Source: Octopus vulgaris (Eukaryota). Taken from it: DNA of 64,000 nucleotides. Shown one piece after another: positions 56,329 to 64,000 of this stretch. The translations under genes and the position numbers were made by a program. The stretch lies in the NCBI GenBank assembly GCA_951406725.2, contig OX597815.1, forward strand, positions 105,400,001 through 105,464,000, in the 5' to 3' direction. The first letter of the stretch is position 1, and each line of letters opens with the position of its first letter. The notes beneath the pieces were generated by a model. It did not search any database and was not told the origin of the DNA. It saw only the letters and a program-made list of their open reading frames with translations.

Positions 56329-56954
56329 TATATGTCAATTTTGCCTTGAAGAGATTTTTACCTTTTAAATTCATAATGCAATTTTAGTTCGAAAATATGA
56401 ATGAAGGTGGAAATTTAAACGTGCGTAGGCGACATGAAATTGATTATCATATATATATATATAAATTGATTTTTCTGTGTTCACACTCTCCATTTTCGTT
56501 ATATTATATATATATGTATGTATATATAATGGTTATGCTTTGTTTGAGCTTAAGTGTATGTGTGTATGTCTTAGTTTTATGCCTGTATCTTCCTCCTTCT
56601 CTTCATTCTACTGTCTTCTTTTCTCTACTTCTTTTCCGGGTGTACTGAACGGGAGAGTGTGTATATATCTATATTAAGCATCTCTGAATTTCATCTGTTG
56701 ATTTTATATATACATGCATCAGGCACGTAATCGTTAGTAATTACTCAGGGTAGTTGGTGACGTTTATGTACTAAAACACAAGAAAAAATAAGCGAAACAC
56801 TCTCGCCGCTGAGTTGGAGGCAGATTTACTTCTGCTTTTATAGTACGTAAAGAAAACGTTGTTGTAGGAATGTACGCAGCACTCGTACTACAGCAATACT
56901 ACGTGTAGCTTTAATACTTAGATTGAAAAGCAGGGGCGAATCATACCTAACTCG

Positions 56955-57325
56955 CTCTTTTCTCTCTCTTTTACTCTTTTACTTGTTTCAGTCATTTGAC
57001 TGCGGCCATGCTGGAGCACCGCCTTTTAGTCGAGTAAATCGACCCCAGGACTTATTCTTTGTAAGCCTAGTACTTATTCTATCAGTCTCTTTTGCTGAAC
57101 CGCTAAGTTACGGGGGCATAAACACACCACTATCGGTTGTCAAGCAATGGTGGGGGGGACAAACACAGATACACAAACATATACACACATACATATACAT
57201 ACATATATACGACGGGCTTCTTCCCGTTTCCGTCAACCAAATCCACTCACAAGGCTTTGGTTGGCCCGAGGCTATAGTAGAAGACACTTGCCCAAGGTGC
57301 CACGCAGTGGGAATGAACCCGGAAC
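56955..57325 (-). mobile_element. CORE-like tRNA SINE, 5'-truncated
   Basis: Same family as 54468-54876. Confidence 0.88.
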
Positions 57326-58071
57326 TAATCTACAAAAAAATAAATATTTGTATTTTATGTATTTTGTATTTTATGCATAGTAATCAGAGTAACCTTCATA
57401 ATTTTATTGAATTTGGTGCATATTTTGCAAAAAAAAAGGAAAATGTAAGTGAAGAATACAATACCATGGACTGTTCTGTTATTGTGATTGTATATATCTT
57501 AACTTGCTGATTTCTGACTTCATTTACTGATGTTTATATAGGGTCTATATTCTGAATAAATCTCGATGCCGTAATTCCTAATTGAGAAACTATTAACTGT
57601 CCTTATTCGTGGATCTTTGGCTCATTGCTTGTACATCTTGTATTCGCGGTCTGTTTCGTAAATGCTGTACAAATTATTTATCTGATTGCTTTTACTGTCG
57701 TTTATCAATTATCGTGTTATTTTATCTGTACAATACATGCAGCTATGTGTAAGCATTTTCGTTTTTCATTTCATATTATTTTTTCTCATATTTTTGTATT
57801 TTTCATTTTGTTATTTATATTTCTCTTTGTATAGGTATTGGATAAAGTTTATTATATTTTTTATTTCTACTTTTACTATTATTGTTTTTACATTAATTTC
57901 ATACGCATAATTATATATTCTCTATGTTTAAATTCAATGTATAGTTTTGCGGTGACATTTACAGTATTATTGTTTCACTATTGATTGTGAGATATACACA
58001 TACCGTTTGTAATCGGTAACTTAGTATACTATTCTTTATGTTAACCATGTGTATGTATGTATGTATGTATG

Positions 58072-58103
<32 letters not shown>

Positions 58104-58561
58104 TGTATGTATGTATGTATGTCGGCGTCGTATTAATATTAAATAATGCGCTGTTGACAATGCGGAGTGATATAGAGATTCAGTTTGCAACTATATGGTT
58201 GAAGTTTGGAAGAGTGTTGGCATATAGCCTGTCCGTATACTTTGTATGTATATGTGTGAGTGTGTGTACATGTGTGTGTGTGTGTGTGCGTGTGTGTATG
58301 TGCGTGTGTGTGTGTGTGCACGTGTGTGTATGTGCGTGTATGTGTGTTCATGTGTATTGGGTTTAATTGTGCGTGCGAATATACGCGAACATATATATAT
58401 ATATACATACATACATACATACATACATACATACATACATACATAAACACACACACATATGCGTCTGGGATTATGGGGATGCCCATATGAATTTTTTTAA
58501 ATCATGTATTAAGTTTTAAGGCTGAAACGTATAAAAGAATAAAAGAATTTGTGTACATATG

Positions 58562-58599
<38 letters not shown>

Positions 58600-59364
58600 T
58601 GTTTGTCTGTGCGTATGTGTTGATTGGTCAGTATGCACTGATGATTGCCGTCCCCTTGTACTTCCTTATTGTCAATAGCACTTCTGACTTCTCATTCATG
58701 ATCTCTCAGATGGCTATTCAGTCTCGTTGCAAATCTGCATGGTTTGAAGCAAAAGCGACAGACGGAAGTTGTAACTTATTGTGTGCTTCCAATTGATTAG
58801 GTCTGCACACTCTTCTCTCCTCATAGGATTTTCAGGTGGGATGACGAATGAGGTCAACATAAAAAGACACTAGGTTATAGTGATAAATGCTTGTACAACA
58901 CGAGTACCACTATTTTATTCACCCTGTTTAGTGCCCAGTAACAGGCTGAAGGGAGACTACCAATAATCACGTGAATCTACAATTTTTACACCAGGTTATC
59001 CCTTTCCTAGAAGGATGTTGTGACAATTAGTGGTTCCTAACCCACGGTGATTTCACTGTGCGCCCTGACACCAATTGCATCCCTGCGTCCAGATGGACTG
59101 TCATCACATATGCTAGTGAACCTATAGCTGGGACAGGACACTGTCACGTGCTACTACTCCAGGTCAGAATAGACCTGGGGAAAATAGTGGCTATGAGGTG
59201 GTTCCACACTCCTTAAAACTCTGAAACTCCCCAACCAGAGCCCTACAACCAGATGTAGCTTAAAGTCATACCAAGCTTTGATATGTATTTGGAGTGTGTG
59301 AGAGGGGCAGATATACTCTTGTATAAAAGAGATGCACTTCTGTGTGTCAATATTAGAGTACTTG

Positions 59365-59500
59365 TAAATTCCGCCGGAGTCGAATTTTCTTTTCATCCGT
59401 CCAGGTCGATAAATAAAGTACCAGTTGCGTACTGGGGTCGATCTAATCGACTGACCCCCTCCCCGAAAATTTCGGGACTTGTGCCTGAAGTAGAAAAGAA
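59365..59500 (+). mobile_element. Meta/MESC-like SINE 3' fragment
   Basis: AAATTCCGCCGGAGTCG...GGTCGATAAATAAAGTACCAG. Confidence 0.75.
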
Positions 59501-60523
59501 TATTAGAGTATTTACATCAGAAACACGTGCAATATCTGTGGTATCAATTCTAGATATAACCCTTTCCTTTTCTTTAATGGCTTGTCATACTTGAAAATTC
59601 TTCACTCTTGAGGTTATCTTACAGTTTCAAGTGGATCTGCTCTTAATTGTCAATTGGTAATTAGGATATATCCATAATTTTAATAAATCAAGAATTTATG
59701 TTGCATAATATTTGATATAACTCTATCTCTCGCTTTCTCTCTACCTCCTCTCTCTCTCTCTCTCTCTCTCTTTCTTTCTCTTTCTCATATACACATATTT
59801 ACATACATATTTCTCATATAAATGTGTGTGATATTGTGTGCATATTGTTTATTGTGCATCAAGAAATATGTGGGTTTGTTTGTGAGTGTTTTTGAAATAT
59901 GTGTGAATATGGTTCAAACTTTGAGCCTTTGACTAAAGATGTTTATCTTTATGTTCAGGAATGTAAATAATCGTTGTCGTAATCGACTCGAATTCGATAT
60001 ATTCTATCCTGTGGATCTACGATAACTTTGCTTCAAATATTATAAATTTGTCATTAATAAAAGAGTAGTCATATTAACGTATAGTGTATATATGTTTCAT
60101 CACTTCATTCAGCTTTAATGGGTTGACAATTTTGCTTTTATTACGTTTTATGAATGCGGGTGTATAAAAGGATCAGAAATTTTACTTAGAAGTTTTATTT
60201 GTTGCCGATATATTAGTGAAATGAGTTATTTATTGACACACGTGTATCTAAATTCATAAATATATCAAAAACGGTTTTGGTTTTCTAATTATGAGGAGCG
60301 GAAACTGCATTTTAGCCTATCCTTCGATGTGATGATTGTATCTAAGTCGTATGTAGGGTATAAATGTTGAATTTATAACTGAATATTGAGCCGCAAAATG
60401 ACTGGTCGCTTATTGTGCATAATAGGACATTGATAATCACACAGACGCGCACATTCATGTGAATATACATGCACACGTACATACATATACATACATACAT
60501 ACATACATACATACATACATACA

Positions 60524-60594
<71 letters not shown>

Positions 60595-60663
60595 TCGTAA
60601 AAACGGTAAGACAACAAAAGAAAGAAAGAGGCCTCGGATATTATGTAAATAGAGGAAATTTAT

Positions 60664-60707
60664 CACCATCTCTTCGGTTATCTGGCTAGATAACCGAAGA
60701 GATGGTG
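60664..60707. repeat. Perfect 20-bp-arm hairpin
   Basis: CACCATCTCTTCGGTTATCT-GGCT-AGATAACCGAAGAGATGGTG. Confidence 0.95.
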
Positions 60708-60796
60708 TTGTGGATTTCTACTTCGGCATCTGAAACTCAGAGTCTTATCTTGACTATTGAATAATGGTAACATATTAATTTACAGATATATATATG

Positions 60797-60883
<87 letters not shown>

Positions 60884-61016
60884 GTTTAAAAATATATACA
60901 AACTGGAACAAGAACGTGAAACACCTAGAAATATATATACATATATAATTAGGGTTCAGCTAACTGCTTCACCACATACCGAAATTAGAAAAAGGAGTTA
61001 AAAATTCCTTTTCTAC

Positions 61017-61179
61017 TACTATAAGAATCTCCATGACGGTAAACATACTTTTTTTACGAAGGCAAAGAGAAAAACAATGAATCAACACGACCAGGATTAA
61101 TTATATACGCGTTTCGATTCATTGTTTTTCTCTTTGCCTTTGTAGAAAATTGTTTACAGTCATGGAGATTCTTATAGTA
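61017..61179. repeat. ~65-bp inverted repeat with ~32-bp spacer
   Basis: 61017-61083 pairs with 61116-61179. Confidence 0.9.
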
Positions 61180-61307
61180 TTAATCAGCCGAAATTACTAC
61201 GATGATCCGGTTCTTGACTGAAGACTGAGGGTTTCGAATGTCCTGTCCGTGTTTATTGTGTCGTCTTCTAAGAGTTATACGTTCTTGTCCATGTTGTATT
61301 TTTCTAC

Positions 61308-61379
<72 letters not shown>

Positions 61380-61483
61380 TACACATACATATATGCATGC
61401 CTACCTGTCTACTTACCTACCTACCTACATACATACACACCCATACATGCATGCATACATACATACACACATACATACATACA

Positions 61484-62015
61484 TGAAGTCACAAAAACAA
61501 CATACAATGCCATTTCGAGCAAATATAAATAATTCCCCTGTTATTTAATTAACACAAAGACATTGACACAAGGAATACTGGTAGAACATTCCCGTGAAAA
61601 TATCTGACAAGTGTAAACACAACAGACCGGATAGTGTAGTCTGGGATAGACAAGAAAACGTATGTACCGGCGTAGAGGTCAGCTGTCCTGCTGATGTGAA
61701 TATCTCTTTGAATATGAAAGAGAAAGAGAATAATTATGGACAACTGATTTGAAACCTCCAGGTTCTATATTCAGATTATAAATTCACATTTATACCACTT
61801 CGTTTTGTAAATAAATGCCTAAGTGACATTTAGAGTTTTCAGGAAAAAGAAATCAACCAACTCGCACATTACATATACAAAGTTGATCAGTAAAAATATG
61901 CAAGACTGTTTTCAAGTTTAGAATGTGATATTGCTTTTGTTACCTACATCTAATGATGGAGTTTTGCATCCTTGTTAGAAACCAGCTCCTTCCTCAGAGG
62001 AAGAATTTAAATAAT
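61484..62015 (+). mobile_element. R4/Dong-like RLE 3' fragment inside (TACA)n
   Basis: KHNRPD..VWDRQENVCTGVEVSCPADVNISLNMKEKENNYG (RLE motif); (TACA)n on both sides. Confidence 0.75.
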
Positions 62016-64000
62016 ACATACGTACATACATACATACATACATACATACATACATACATGCATGCATACATGCATGCATTCATGCATACATACATGCATA
62101 CATACATACATACATACATACATACATACATACATACATACATACATACATACATACAAGGCAGTGAGGTTATATGAGATACCATGCGTAATTAATTTTT
62201 GATTTATTATAATATCCCCTTTGACAGAAAAAGGAGAAGAATTATTTCTGATAATCTTTTTCCAGATTCATAAGAAATATACTTTCTTTTGAAACAGTTT
62301 ATTAATGCATAGAAGCAACGTCATTAATATATATTCCTAAAATAACGATAATGTCTCATGCTTCCGAGATTTTCTCTTATTTTTTTAACTGAATTTTTTA
62401 ATGGTAATAGAGACATTAAAGTATAAAGTAAGTAGAACGCTGAATTTCCTAGCTGGGTAACGGACTAGATATTATAAGCTCTATAAACTAAGGACATTAT
62501 CCTGTTGTTTTTATTGTTCTTGTTAGACAACAATATTAACAAATATTATCATCGTACTTGATAATATGTCATAGCTAATATATCCGAGAGACATAGTCTC
62601 ACATTTTATTCACCAGTCACATGAACAATGTACAGTGACGTAAAATTGTATCATATAAGTGATTCCAAAATGTTACATTCATACATCACTAAAGAAGCCA
62701 CGATCAGCTGAGATTTCTTGGTTTGCCTCAGTTATACTTTCAAACATATTCCCAAATCTGCTAACTAGAACAGCTTAAAGAACTTTTCAATGTCATGCCA
62801 TTTTAGCTTTTTCTCCCCTCCTTTCAGTTGAAGAGTATAGAAGACTTTATAAGTCTTCCCAGATGTAGTTGATTTTCGGTTGAACATCTGCCGGTTAGTC
62901 ATTGGAAGGAAAGATTGATTGGAAGGGAAGTACAGTAAACTGCAATTCTGGAAAGGAGAGGTCTCTGGAAGGACATTAGTGTTGAATTGTTTAACCATAT
63001 ATAAAATAAATGACTATGCACACCCCCTATGCACAGATCTGTTTATTATAACCTAGATACAATGTGTATGCTGTTGGCACAAACATACTAACCCCAGGAA
63101 TGTTCACTGCATGATTTTTAAGCTTTCCTTTTCAGTGTTTCTAACGAATAGTGCAAAATTTCAGGAATTTTATTTTTTTATATATTGCAGACATTTTGTA
63201 TGATTGTGTAAATGTGTTTGTTATGTCAATAGCCTGTAACTGAGTTGTACGTGTGAGCGCGCGCGCGTGTGTGTGTGTGTGTATGTACGCACCCACATGC
63301 GCATGTACATACACGCGCCTGCACGCACACACACATATACACGCAAATAAAAATGCTTGTATTCTAGGAGTTGATAGAAGCTATTTCTTACTGCTTAAAA
63401 GTGATATTTTTTACAGTCTCTAATTAAATTTAGATAAAAGGATTTCTCTGTCAATTTCACAGAATTTCCAGATATATTTTGTATAATTATAAAGGTTATT
63501 CAGAGATGAGTAAAATGTTTCAAATGAGGTTTTTCCCTTTTATAATGTCTTCCAGTCTTTTTTTTTTTTTTTTTTTTTTGGCAAATGTGGTCGAAATAAC
63601 ATTCTTTGATGTGAAACAATAAATTACTAACAAGAAAAAAGTGTGATAATAGCTACAAGAAAACAAGTGTGATACTAGCTCCAAGTAGAACGATTGACAC
63701 TATTGAAGTCTTTTTTGAAGAAATTTTGAAACAAGTTCAAAGAACACAAAGTTTACTTTAGGTTGTCTAATATTTATTTTTATTTCTATTTTGTTACATA
63801 CGCAAATAAACAATCATACACACACACCGATACTCACACACACCCACACACTCGCTCACACTCACACAGACTCACACATACACACACACATACGTATACG
63901 TAATTTGATTAAACTAGTCTGATTTTTAACTGAGCGATTTCGATAGTTGATAATTATTACACATTATAACTATTCGATGTTGATTGACCTTATAGAACTA

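Overview
AT-rich, microsatellite-saturated animal DNA, intergenic or deep-intronic. The SINE and microsatellite content suggests an octopus genome (inference, not verified). I cannot identify an intact host gene: almost all ORFs in the track are microsatellite read-throughs, and one 68-bp exon candidate lies at 53922-53989. The window is mostly decayed transposons: Tc1/mariner (DD37E TRT-type, DD41D-type, DD34D mariners), non-autonomous Helitrons, R4/Dong-type RT-RLE LINEs inside (TAA)n or (TACA)n arrays, CR1 and Tx1/L1 relics, and tRNA-derived SINEs. The recurring unexpected signal is hammerhead-ribozyme (HHR) cores in several unrelated non-coding repeats next to (TA)n or (TAA)n. The best case is a near-identical, highly self-complementary 358-bp tandem repeat plus an inverted copy (51034-52190), each full unit carrying a type I HHR with a U3 core variant; it looks like a non-LTR retrozyme that could yield a circular RNA. 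A second case is a composite SINE with a tRNA head, an internal (TAA)n and an HHR-like tail (3930-4425 and 38667-39621). All folds and alignments were done by eye; ribozyme activity and novelty are untested.
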